A stretch of DNA of 64,000 nt, taken from the human T2T-CHM13v2.0 reference genome, Homo sapiens. The stretch lies in NCBI RefSeq assembly GCF_009914755.1, contig NC_060933.1; one strand, 5' to 3'. The translations under genes were made by a program, and so were the position numbers. The notes beneath the pieces were generated by a model. That model searched no databases. It was not told where the DNA came from and was given only the letters and a program-made list of their open reading frames with translations. Shown piece after piece: positions 52,449 to 64,000 of this stretch. The number at the start of each line of letters is the position of its first letter. Within the stretch, counting starts at the first letter, position 1.

Positions 52449-54389
52449 AGATTCCAAATTATTATAGTAACTTTACCGTATACATATATTTGAACACCAA
52501 GCCACCATTTTGGCTCTCTGTTCCCATACTCAGTTCCAGTGCAGCAATTTCAGACTCCCAGGCCCCAAGATAAGCACAGACTCTTCACTAAGGAACCCCA
52601 GAACCAGTTCTTTGCTAGCTCTGAATGCATTTCATACTGTTGTTTCCTCCTTGTCTACCCACATTATAAATGTAGTTAGGCTTTTTGTGTTAAGAAATCC
52701 TCTTCTTCCACTTTAAATTCTTGTTTCTTCTTGTTGGCTGAGGGTGCAGAATGCAGATGGCCAAGCTGCCTTCATCCAATGCGGTGAATCTCCATTGAGG
52801 ATCTCTGTGTGCTCAGCACCAGACCAGGCTGTGGACAGTATTTCTGCCCTTGTGAAACGTGTAGTCTATTAGAGGAGCCTGTTATTAAGCAGGGAGCCAC
52901 ACAACTATTGCATTTAATTACTTTTGTGGAAGAGGCAATGATGAGAAAGTGTGAGATTTTATGGAGAACAGCATGAAGGTCCGAGAAAGCTTCTCTGAGG
53001 AAGGGACATTTACATGGAGATCTGAAGAGGGAACAGAGTCTTCCTGGTGGAGGTGAATAATGGTTGGGGGTAGAAGGGGAAAGGTCTCTTAAAACTGTAC
53101 ATGAAGTATGGATTAGAGAGACTAAGGGCCTCCTTTATGGCAGATAGGACTTTGCCATCATTATTTCAGTTGTGGACAGGTGTTTGGGGCTTTTCAGATG
53201 CAAGATTCCTAGAAGTCTTACTTCTGGAAAAGTGTCTCAGATTAAAGTCACACTTCCTACAATTTAGATTTCCCAGTTTGACTTTTAAGGGAACTCCAAC
53301 TTCTTGAAACTTTTCTCCTCTTTCTTGGACACCCCCAACTACTCCCTGCAGTAGACTGGCTTAAAGGTGGTGCTAGATGGAGAAAATAAATAAGAACACA
53401 AGACTTCCCTAAGTGAACTATTGCATATTTCAGACACTCTGCGAGACACTTGGCCTCTGTTATCCTCTTTAATCCTCTTGTCAACACAGAGAGGTCACTA
53501 TTCTTATTCCCATCACACAGATGAACCAGTCTGGGCTTAGAGTACATATGGGACTTGCCCAAGTTCACTTGGCAAATGAGTGGGGAAGCCCAAGTTTGAA
53601 CCCAGTTCTATCTGACTCAAAAGTTCTGCTTTTTCTCCTGCATGGTGCTGAGTTTCAGAAGAAGAAAGCATGCAGGGTGCCTGTGTCCTTGGCACACCTT
53701 GGCATGACCCTCCCTGTTCTGGTTGGAAACATTTCACCATGAGCCCAGACTGCCAGGGAACTTTGGCAAAGAGGAGAGCAGCTTTTCCCAGTAGCAGCAA
53801 AGATGGGGTCGGGGGAAGATAAGTCTCCCAGCCTTCCCATCATCCCTGACATCCCTGGCAGCCCAGAGAGGAGTTTCCCGTGGGCATCCACAGAACAGAA
53901 GAAAGTTCTGGTTTTTGTTTCCATCTTCCACCGCAGGAAGCCTCTCAGAGAAGGAGAGAGGTTACTTTCCTTTCATGCCTCTGCCCTTACCTGCTGGACC
54001 TGTTTAGGTCCCACTTGTCCCCTCAGCCCCAGTCCCATATCAAGAGACAATCCCTTCCCTTACACACCCAGGCTAGCGCTCAGAGAAACTCACCCCTGGG
54101 TGAGTTTCAAGCACCTTCCTAAATCACAGGAATTCAGTTAACTGAGCACTTAATATGTGCTTCGCTGTGGCCTGGATCTCTGTGCATGTCATCTCACTTA
54201 AACTCCAGAATAATTCAGCCAAGTAGAGCACTGAGGTTGAGGGAAATGGAATAATTTGTACAAGGTGATAGAGCTATGTTTGGGATTTAGGATTTCCTAA
54301 CTGAACAAATGGTAATAGCTAAGAGTTATTGCTTTGCTTTACATGTCGTTTCATTTCATCAGCACAATAACCCTGTTGTAGATGTTGTT

Positions 54390-54678
<289 letters not shown>

Positions 54679-56112
54679 TAGGCGTTATCTTTTTAATCCT
54701 CATTTTATAGATGATGAAACTGGGGCTTAGAAGGGTTAAATTCACACAGTTAGCAAGTGGTAAAGCTAAGATGCAAACCAAGAGAATTCAAGCTGCACAG
54801 CACCTGCCTCTAACCCCTTGGAACATCCTTTTGCAGCAGGCTTGTGTCTTGCCCAAGCGTCTTGTCCTGCCCCTTGTGGGTGATATTCTTGCTTCATAGA
54901 CCTCCAGGAATGGAGTTCTTGGTATGAACTCCAGGCCCAGAGTTAAGCACTCAGCATCTTCTCCCAGACTTCCTTCTTGCCAGTTTTCCACCTAAACTTC
55001 TTCCCGGTTCCCAGGGCTAGGGCCTCCGTGATGCCTTGGCCCAGCATGATGACTGTCTGCTCCCTTCATTCTCCCTCCCTTATTTGTCTGTACAGACACC
55101 AGCTGTTCCCCACATCCGCCTTATGGGGTGACCTGGGCCCGGCTGGCAGACAAGAGCAAGACGGTGCAGGAAACTCTGTCTGACAGGGGTGTCCAATTTC
55201 CCACCCAGACACCTGCCTGCAGTGTGAGGCAGACAGGAAGGGGCAGGACTCAGCCTCTCAGGATGTCAGTTTATTATTTTCCTGTTGGAGCCTTGAGGAG
55301 CCTCAAATACAAAGCAGATTTCCAGAATGGTTGCTCCAGTGGTTTCCCTTCATGACAAAAAAAATTCAATTTATAATTGGAATCATTCTAAGTAAGCACG
55401 TGTTAGGGTGTGAGGGAGAAAAGGGAAACAACCTTAACATATTCAACATACCAAAGCTTTCTAAGGTGTGGTGGCCTGGAACACTAGTTGTGGTCATGTT
55501 TCAGATGGCTGCTAAGAGAGTGATTCTTATAGATGTCTGGGGAGTTGGGGTATAGTCCTGGTTCTGTGACTTATTAACTCTGTGACCTTGGGTAGGCCAG
55601 ACTCACTTTGGGTTTTTATGTTTTGATATTTGAATTAGATTCCTGTCTAATAACTCAACATAACAAGGCTTTCTAAAAATGTGCCTAAGGACTCTTCACA
55701 TGGCTTCCTGGATGAGTTGGTCATTGAGCAGGAAGTTGAAGGCTAGTTAAGACTGAGACCTACAGAGAATAAGAAGAGGTTAATCCCAGAAACACATCTC
55801 AGCACAGGATGGTGCACCCAATTCATGCAACTATGTGTAGGGCTGGCTGCAATATTTGCTAAATGACAGATTTACTAAATCTTAAACCCTACCTAAATGA
55901 GAACATGGTTTCTTAAGAAAAGACATTATACCCAACATGTAGCACATTGGTCATTGGTCTAAGAAGGCTAGTGATTCTATAAGATATGGAAAAATAATCA
56001 ACATCATTACATGGAGAGCAACCTTCTTAGCAGAGTGGGTGATAACCTACATTGACAAAGGGCTGGATGTTGGGTAGCTGACTTGGGGATGTACATCAGT
56101 GTCTCTTCTTGA

Positions 56113-57056
<944 letters not shown>

Positions 57057-57809
57057 TAGGGTATTACCTGCTGTGTGACAGATACTGTACTAGGCCATGA
57101 GCAAGAACTTGGTCCCAGCTGAATGAATTCATGTCTTATGGATGAGTAGCCAGACATTTAGAGTATAGCAAGTACTCATGGAGACACAGCAAGTCAGGAG
57201 GTCAGCGAAGTTTCCCAGAGAAGGCAACACCAAAGGCAATAAATGAAAGGTCCAGAAGGTATTTCCCAGATGAAAGGAGTAAGGAAGGACCAGAGATAGG
57301 GGTGGGAGGGAAAAGGGTATCTTTGGCGAGAGGAACAGTCTGTGCAAAGGCCCAGACACCAGGGAAAGTGTTAAGGAAATTATAATTCCCTGAGTATGCC
57401 CAGAGCATGGTGCAAGGGGAAAAGGGATAAAAGATAAGCCTAGATGGATAAGCAAGGCTTTTATCACCCAAGCCAGGGAGATTGAACTTTATCCAGAGGC
57501 CAGTGGGGGGTATTCAGGAGGATTTGAAGCACTGAGCCAGTGTAGGGAATCCCAGAAGGCCTTTTGGAAGAGAGAGTAGATATGCTTAACTTGGAGGATT
57601 AGTAAGAGACAACAAGCAGATGGCTAAGCACACTAGACTAACTCTTCCATGTTCAAAAATTACTGGCTTCTGGAATGTTATTAAACCCTCTGCCTCCCCC
57701 TGCCCCCCGCTTTGGAATGTAGCCCTGACTTTTTCCTTATGGATGAAGTAGGCACTCATTTTAGCTTGGTCCTATGATGGAATCCAGCCCTTCTATCCCA
57801 AAAACTTAT

Positions 57810-57898
57810 CAGCATCATTATCAATGTTATTACCACCACCATCATCATCATTACCTCACTGTCAAAACCATCACCACCATCACCACTAGCATCATCAT
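57810..57898 (+). repeat. Degenerate (CAT/CAC)n repeat
   Basis: Direct read. Confidence 0.8.
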
Positions 57899-58120
57899 TT
57901 ATTGAGCCCATATTTTATGCCATGCATTATTCTAATGCTTTACTTGCATTTCATACTTTACCCAACATACTTCTGTGTGGTAGGACTGTTAGTACCTCCT
58001 TTTTACAGATAGAGAAACTGAAGCCCAGAAAAGGGAAGTAACTTGCCGGATAGCATACACGAAAGTCAGCAACAGGGCAAAGACTCAAACGTGTCTTTTT
58101 CTCCTCTAGGCCAGTGCTTT
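57890..58120 (-). mobile_element. MIR (one of many further MIR/L2 relics not listed individually)
   Basis: catttattgagccc...ttttacagatagagaaactgaagcccagaaaagggaagtaacttgcc. Confidence 0.7.
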
Positions 58121-60593
58121 CCTCTAATTTACCCATATTTTTTCCACTTTATCCTCCATTTATCCACATGACCACTTTATCTTCATTTAAACAAGCTTCG
58201 TATACATTAACTGTTCCACGTTTTATGCCAGGTACTGTATCCATCCTACCTTTAAGAAACTTACAGGGGAATCCTCGTCCTTGGCATCATGCCTTTATCT
58301 ACTTGGTACTCATGAAATCTTTCCATCAGCACTGTCAAGACCCTAAGACTCAACCAGGTGAAGTGACCTGCCAGTGATGTGGCCCCCCACAGCCAGCAGG
58401 AGACACAGTCAAAGCTCTCTGACCATCAGCACAACATGACTGTTGTCCCTCTCCAACCGGCACCCCCACCATGCTCTGCTAGTTACCTCCCTGTGGAGTC
58501 TGAGTCAGAATCCAGCCCCTGCATGTCTCTCAGCTCTGGACAGGATCTGCAGCCAGGGCCTTGTGGTATAGTTGCCTGAGCTGCATTCCTGAGCCACTCA
58601 CACTCACAGATGGAGGTGTTAGCCTCAGCAGCTCACCCAGAGGGAGAACCCATGTGCCGGAGCACCATCTCTAGCCCCGAGTAAAAACAGGAGAGAATCC
58701 TGGCCCTTAATCATGGACCTGGCTTGCTAACACAATCCCAGAGTGGGTGGCCAAGCCATTTATGGGACAGCCTAGCCACATGGTGCTGAGAATCCCCAAA
58801 TGTAAACTGGCCACCATGGTGTTCATGCTGTGGGTGGTAGGTTTTCTTGGGAGGCCGCCTGGGGGAGAAGGTGGGGAGCTGCTTGGGGAGTCAGGGAATC
58901 TGGCAGTTGGGCTCAGAGCTCTGATTTTATCAAGATGTGATTCTTCTCTCCATGCCTCAGTTTCTTCGTCTGTGAAGAGAGGACCCTGACTCCTGCTCTG
59001 CCGTCCTCCTGGGGCATGGTGCTGAGGAGTGCCAGGCCACCTGACAGCCCACTGATTCATCTCTTTGCATCTTAGTTTCTTTTAAGATGTAAAATGGGGA
59101 TAGTAAGAATAGTTACCTCTTAGCATTGCTGGGCAGAGTGAGTAAGATAATGATGCACATTGAGTTTAGCTCAGTGCCAGGCACATAATAAGGATAAAGG
59201 TTATTGGTGATTAAAAAGACAAAGCAGCAGTCAGCCTTTTCAGGTTGTGAAGAAAATACCTTTTTTTTCCCCCTTCTTTTTACTCTCACTTGCTGAAAAG
59301 CTCTCAAGTGTTTGAAGTGGGGTTTGGAATCCTGCATCAGCAACTCACTGACTGGTACTGAGGCCTGAGACAGGTTAGTTTTGCTTTAAACATTCTGAAG
59401 CCTCTATTTTCTCATCTGCAAGATGGGGAGCTAATAATGATAGTCTCCCAAGGTGGTGCAGAGTCAGAGAGCTAGCATATAGAAATCATCTGGCATGTGG
59501 AAGGCCCTTTGGAATCACTAGTGTGTGTACAATGGTATTCACCGCTTGAGCCTGCATGAACAGGTGTCCCCAAGTCCTTTCCAGGTTAGACCTAGCAATA
59601 CCTGAAAATCTCCACCCTTTTCTTCTCAGCTTTATATCTGTGATAAGTGAGGAAGCTTGTAACAGAGGAGGCTCTGAACAGGCAGTTCACAAAGAGGCAA
59701 GAGGAGGGAAGAAAACACCATGTGTCTCCTCTACATTGGGCACTCTGAGAGCTGGACTGGACCTGACATGACTTCACTGACTCCTCACTAGAGCCCTTCG
59801 AGGTCTTGATAAAGACCCTTGTCTTACAGATGGGGAGGCTGAAGTCCACAAGATGCCAGGGACTTGCTGAAAGTCATACAGTTTCTGTATAAAGTCTACA
59901 ACATATTACTTACAAGCATGTAGTGGAGACAAGGAGGCTCTGGATAGGCCTCCTGAGACCAACCCTCCTAGGCTTTGTCATATTCTGATTGAGTTTCCTC
60001 CAGTGTTTATTTCGGAAGTGCTGAAACTGCCCAGACTGGCCTGGGGAAGGAAGAAAAAGGTGACACCACCCCAGCATAGCCAGAGTGCCAAGACCGGCCT
60101 GAGAAGCTAACTGGTGGCAAGGCCTTACCAGCCAACAATTTTGGAGAAGCTGATTGAACTGGGGAGGACAGGAAGGGGAGCATTCAAGACAGGGTCTGTG
60201 AAGAAATTCTATGTTTCAAGTTCCTTTCTGGCCAGGTCTTTGCCTTCTACCTTTCTCAGACTGAGAAGGATTTTCAGCCAGATGAGAAGTTAGAAGCTAT
60301 GAAAATCAACTCTTATTATAGGCAGGGAAACAAGCTCAGAGAAGGGAAGTAACTTGTCCAAAGTCACCCAGCAACTGACTGTAAAAGTGGAGGCTCCCTG
60401 ACTTGTATTCTGCCTGCATATTCATGCATTCATTTGTTCATTCATTCATGGGTCATTGAATGCATAAAGACTGAGTTCAATAACAGTCATGGTCCCTGCC
60501 CAGAGTGAGCTGACATCGAAGTAAAGAAGTAATTCAGTATCAGAAGGGTGCAAAAATAAGATGCTGTGATATGGTATGAAGGTGATGGTGCTA

Positions 60594-60673
60594 TTAGGTT
60601 GGTGCAAAAGTAATTGCCGTTTTTACCATTACTTTCAATGGCAAAAACCACAATTATTTTTGCACCAACCTAA
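60594..60673. mobile_element. MADE1 (Hsmar1-derived 80-bp MITE)
   Basis: ttaggttggtgcaaaagtaattgc...caattatttttgcaccaacctaa, 80 bp, near-palindromic, flanked by TA at 60592-60593 and 60674-60675. Confidence 0.95.
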
Positions 60674-62399
60674 TATCTTTGGTCAGACTACTGAGGGAGG
60701 TAGTGATACTTGCGAAAAGACCTGGACAATGAAAAAGAGCTGGCCAGGGAAGAGCAGTCAGAGTGGAGGGCCATTAGTGGCTAAGGACACAAAAGTAGGA
60801 AAACAGAGTATATGGGGAACCAATAAATAAAGAAGCCACTGAGAGTGAGGAGGAGAAGGAAACCATGTAAGATCTGAGACTTATGTAGAAATCAGATCAT
60901 GCAAGGCCTTGAACTTGTGGTAAGGACTTTGGATTTTATTCTAAGACATATAATTTTTTGAATGTTTGCCTTGAGTGAGGTGCAGCAGAAAGCACAAAAG
61001 ATAAAGCAGACAGACATGAAACCATCCCTCATGGGTGTTTGAGCTCAATGGGAAAGTGTTACAGACAGAATATTAGAGAAGACATTAGAGGTAACTGGAT
61101 CGTGCTAATGATAGAATGAGAGCAAGGGTAGGAGACGGGGATGGATAAAGCATGGGGGAGTTAAGGACAAGGAGATTGTTCAAGTGTGGAAGGTGGGCGG
61201 TGGGGGACAATAGGCAGGAAAGATCGTGAAATACGAGTGAGGGAGAAATCTGATTCAGCATATATGTATTTGGCACTGAGCATCTCAAAGGTGTTAGGCC
61301 ATGTGCTGAGGCTTTTGCATGTTTCTTCTTGCTTGATCCTCAGAAAAAATGCAACATGAAATATGGTATTTTAAAAATCCTCCTTTCATAGATGTAGAAC
61401 CTAAGATCATGACAGTGGAGGGATTTTCCCAAAATCATTCAACGAGTATGAAGCAAACAAGGATCCCAACCCAAACCTTTTGGCTTTCATGATAGTACTT
61501 TCCACACTCTACCCCAGTGGTTGGATTTTGACTTGGCTTTGCCCTCAGTTTCCCTGTTTGGACTGGGGGGTTTTCTCTCTATGCCACTTCCAGTTCTAAT
61601 ATTCTGTGCTTCTCTTCAAGGTAAAATGAATAGGGGCAAATATTCTAGATTCTAGATGGAATATCCTAGATGTATTCCACAAAGTCACAGAGGATGGAAA
61701 GTAAATGTCCTAAACAGAGAACAGCAAGTAGCTGTGAGCAAGAAGAGAGGTGCTGCTTGGAAAAGGGGACGGTGGAAATGCTTACCACAGCATCAAGCAC
61801 TTATGAATTTAAATTGAAAAGAGAAACAAAGACTTGTGGTAGCCATAAGTACAAAGAGTCAGAGAGAGATGGATCAATGAATACAAATTTATTCATTCTG
61901 TGGCTTAGGGCCTGTGAAAACAGGAATAAACAAGATTGACCTGGTCCCTGCCTTATGGGCCACAGAATTGGTGGGAGGATAGACCAAAAAAATAAAGGAG
62001 AGGGAGCGGGAGAGAGAAAGAGACAGAATAATTGAGCACTTAGCATATGTCAAGCACTGTGTGAGGTGTTTTCATGAGTTATTTCATGTATTCCTTATCA
62101 CAACCTCAGGAGGTCTACACTTTTATTTTTCCCATTAAATGAATGAGTTCATTGAGACTCAGAGAAATTGTCACATGTTCAAGGTCACATCTCAAGTAGA
62201 TGAGAGAGCTGGGGCATATACTTAAATCTTTCTGATGTTCCATTCTACATTTTAAATTATTGCAAACTTTCAGGATGGAGAGAGGTTGGGAGGGAGGGAA
62301 AGAGGTCAAAGAGGCAGAGAAAAAAGAAGAGGTAGACATTGAGAATGAGTCCACAAGTACATGAGAGAGAAGGATAGAAACAAAGATTCTCTCTGAGAC

Positions 62400-62512
62400 T
62401 ACGTGACCACTTGGAGACCCTGCCCAGGCAGGAGGCAAATGAGGTCATTAAATCCATCTGCGCAGATGGGAGGCTCTCTGGGGAAAGTTATATGCAAATG
62501 TCATGATGCAAT
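62400..62512. promoter_or_regulatory. Candidate intronic enhancer (motif cluster)
   Basis: TACGTG, TGAGGTCA, TCATTAA, CCATCTGCGCAGATGG, TATGCAAAT and TGATGCAAT within ~110 bp; function is inferred only. Confidence 0.4.
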
Positions 62513-63511
62513 GAGGTGAAATCTACTTGCGTTAGTTCAGGTGGGGACTCAAGCAGGAACTGCACTGTGCTCTTTGGAAAGATAGATTATCTCCTGGATG
62601 GGGAAGACACTCACTCTGTTGGGCTCTTCCTATCAGTTTGCAGAAAGGAAAGCTGGCCAAGGTCACAGAGCACATGAAGGAACGAACTGGCAACTGTATT
62701 GAACTCAGTTCTCTCACTTGTTCGTATGCTAAAATCTGCTTCCCAGGTCCTTCAAATTTGGTGCAAAACCACCATGCGATCTATTCCCTACTCAGGATTC
62801 CAAGCCTCCCAGAAGGTGGTCTAGCTTCCCTGAGACATGCTTTTTGTTTTCATCATTGCCTACTAAAGTCAAAGTGACCAGTATGTGCAGAGACTTATGT
62901 TTTCTCAAAAGACACTTCCACATCCTTTCTTTCACTTGATCACTTATACATCAGATATTCCATTACACAGTTCTATTAATCAACTTTGCTATAGTGCACG
63001 ACAATTTTCCACCCATGATTTTACTCAGCTCCTATAGTTTAAAATACAAAGTGGGTCTTATTATATCAGCTCTACATAGGGACCTGAGGCTCTGAGATAA
63101 GTAAGTAGCTTGTTTTACTTTAAATACCAGACTTGACACTTATTATTACTTTTGGCAAATTCTTATTCCTTTCTGAGCTTCAGTTTCCCCATCAATAAAA
63201 GGGTGATTGTTGCAGCATCTGTCTTATAGAGTTGTCAAAAGTGTTTTCTTGTTTGGAAATCACTGAGTACATTGCCTTACCCCATAGCAAATGCCTGACC
63301 CATAGCAAGTGCCTCTGCAAATGAAAACTGCTGTGATTATGATCATGGTGTGCTCGATAAAAGTTATCACCAGGATAGCAAGAAGCAGAGCCATAACTTG
63401 AACTTGAACCTTCTGCTCCTCAAATCCAGTGATTGTATCCCTGCGCTGCACTGCCTTTCTGATCATTACTGCTTCAGACCAAATCACCTGATTCACTTCT
63501 TCTTTCTGCAG

Positions 63512-63619
63512 GTCACCCCATTCCCTATGTCCTGTGACCTACAAGGTGACTGTGCTTGTCGGGACCCCCAGGCCCAAGAACACAGCCGGAAAGACCTCCG
63601 GGGATACAGCCATGGCTAA
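63512..63619 (+). CDS. PAPPA: PAPPA terminal exon 22 coding part (VTPFPMSC...DLRGYSHG*)
   Basis: cttcttctttctgcAG acceptor; 35 codons + TAA at 63617-63619; matches the PAPP-A C-terminus. Confidence 0.97.
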   Translation, partial: VTPFPMSCDLQGDCACRDPQAQEHSRKDLRGYSHG

Positions 63620-64000
63620 GGAAGGACAAGAAGTTGTCAAAGAATTCCCAACGCCAGGACCCACATCCCTTTGGTATTGATTTCACAGTCAGCTGCTCAA
63701 CGGAATGGCCTCTCCACACCAGGGATCCTTAGCACCCAACCGGTCTGCCTTTAATTTTACCCAGGAAGGACTCACATTGGGGCGAATGAACCAAGTTTCG
63801 CCATGCTGGATGATGAAATGGATTCCCATCCCAAAGTCTGAGATGGATTGCATATACAGTGTGCAGTCCCAGAGCCTCCTAAAATTCTAGCCATTTGTCA
63901 CACAACCACAGCAAGAAACGTGTTCTATATCTAGAGTGTGCCCATCTGTGTTTAGTACACATGCATGCATACACACCCATACAAACATCTGTGTGAGGGC
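63620..64000 (+). other. PAPPA: Start of PAPPA 3'UTR (continues beyond window)
   Basis: Follows the stop codon in the terminal exon; no AATAAA before the window end. Confidence 0.9.

Noticed and set aside
63620-64000. PAPPA-AS1 antisense lncRNA
   Set aside because: I recall it overlapping the 3'UTR further downstream; nothing in this window supports calling it.

Overview
Human (primate) genomic DNA covering the 3' part of PAPPA (pappalysin-1 / pregnancy-associated plasma protein A) on the + strand. Ten coding exons (exons 13-22, counting back from the known 22-exon structure) splice by GT-AG into one open frame of 1487 nt. It encodes residues ~1133-1627: the end of the M domain with dimerisation Cys1210, five CCP/sushi modules, LNR3 and the C-terminus ...DLRGYSHG*. 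The stop is at 63617-63619 and the 3'UTR runs off the window. About 97% of the window is intron, rich in Alu, L1, L2, MIR, hAT MER elements, a MADE1 MITE and microsatellites. Nearly all ORFs in the track are spurious. I found no new gene, operon-like system or CRISPR array. The most notable unexplained structures are: (i) an Alu split by an inversion plus inverted duplication with microhomology junctions, a reconstructable double template switch (51981-52465); (ii) a dense TF-motif cluster with a perfect 16-bp double-E-box palindrome ~1 kb upstream of the last exon; (iii) phase-0 exons 20-21 (LNR3) flanked by inverted Alus, predicting skipping or a stop-free circRNA; (iv) a twin-primed L1; (v) a MADE1 with an orphan TIR-core copy beside it. 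Repeat family names come from my recall of consensus sequences, not a database search, and their boundaries are approximate.
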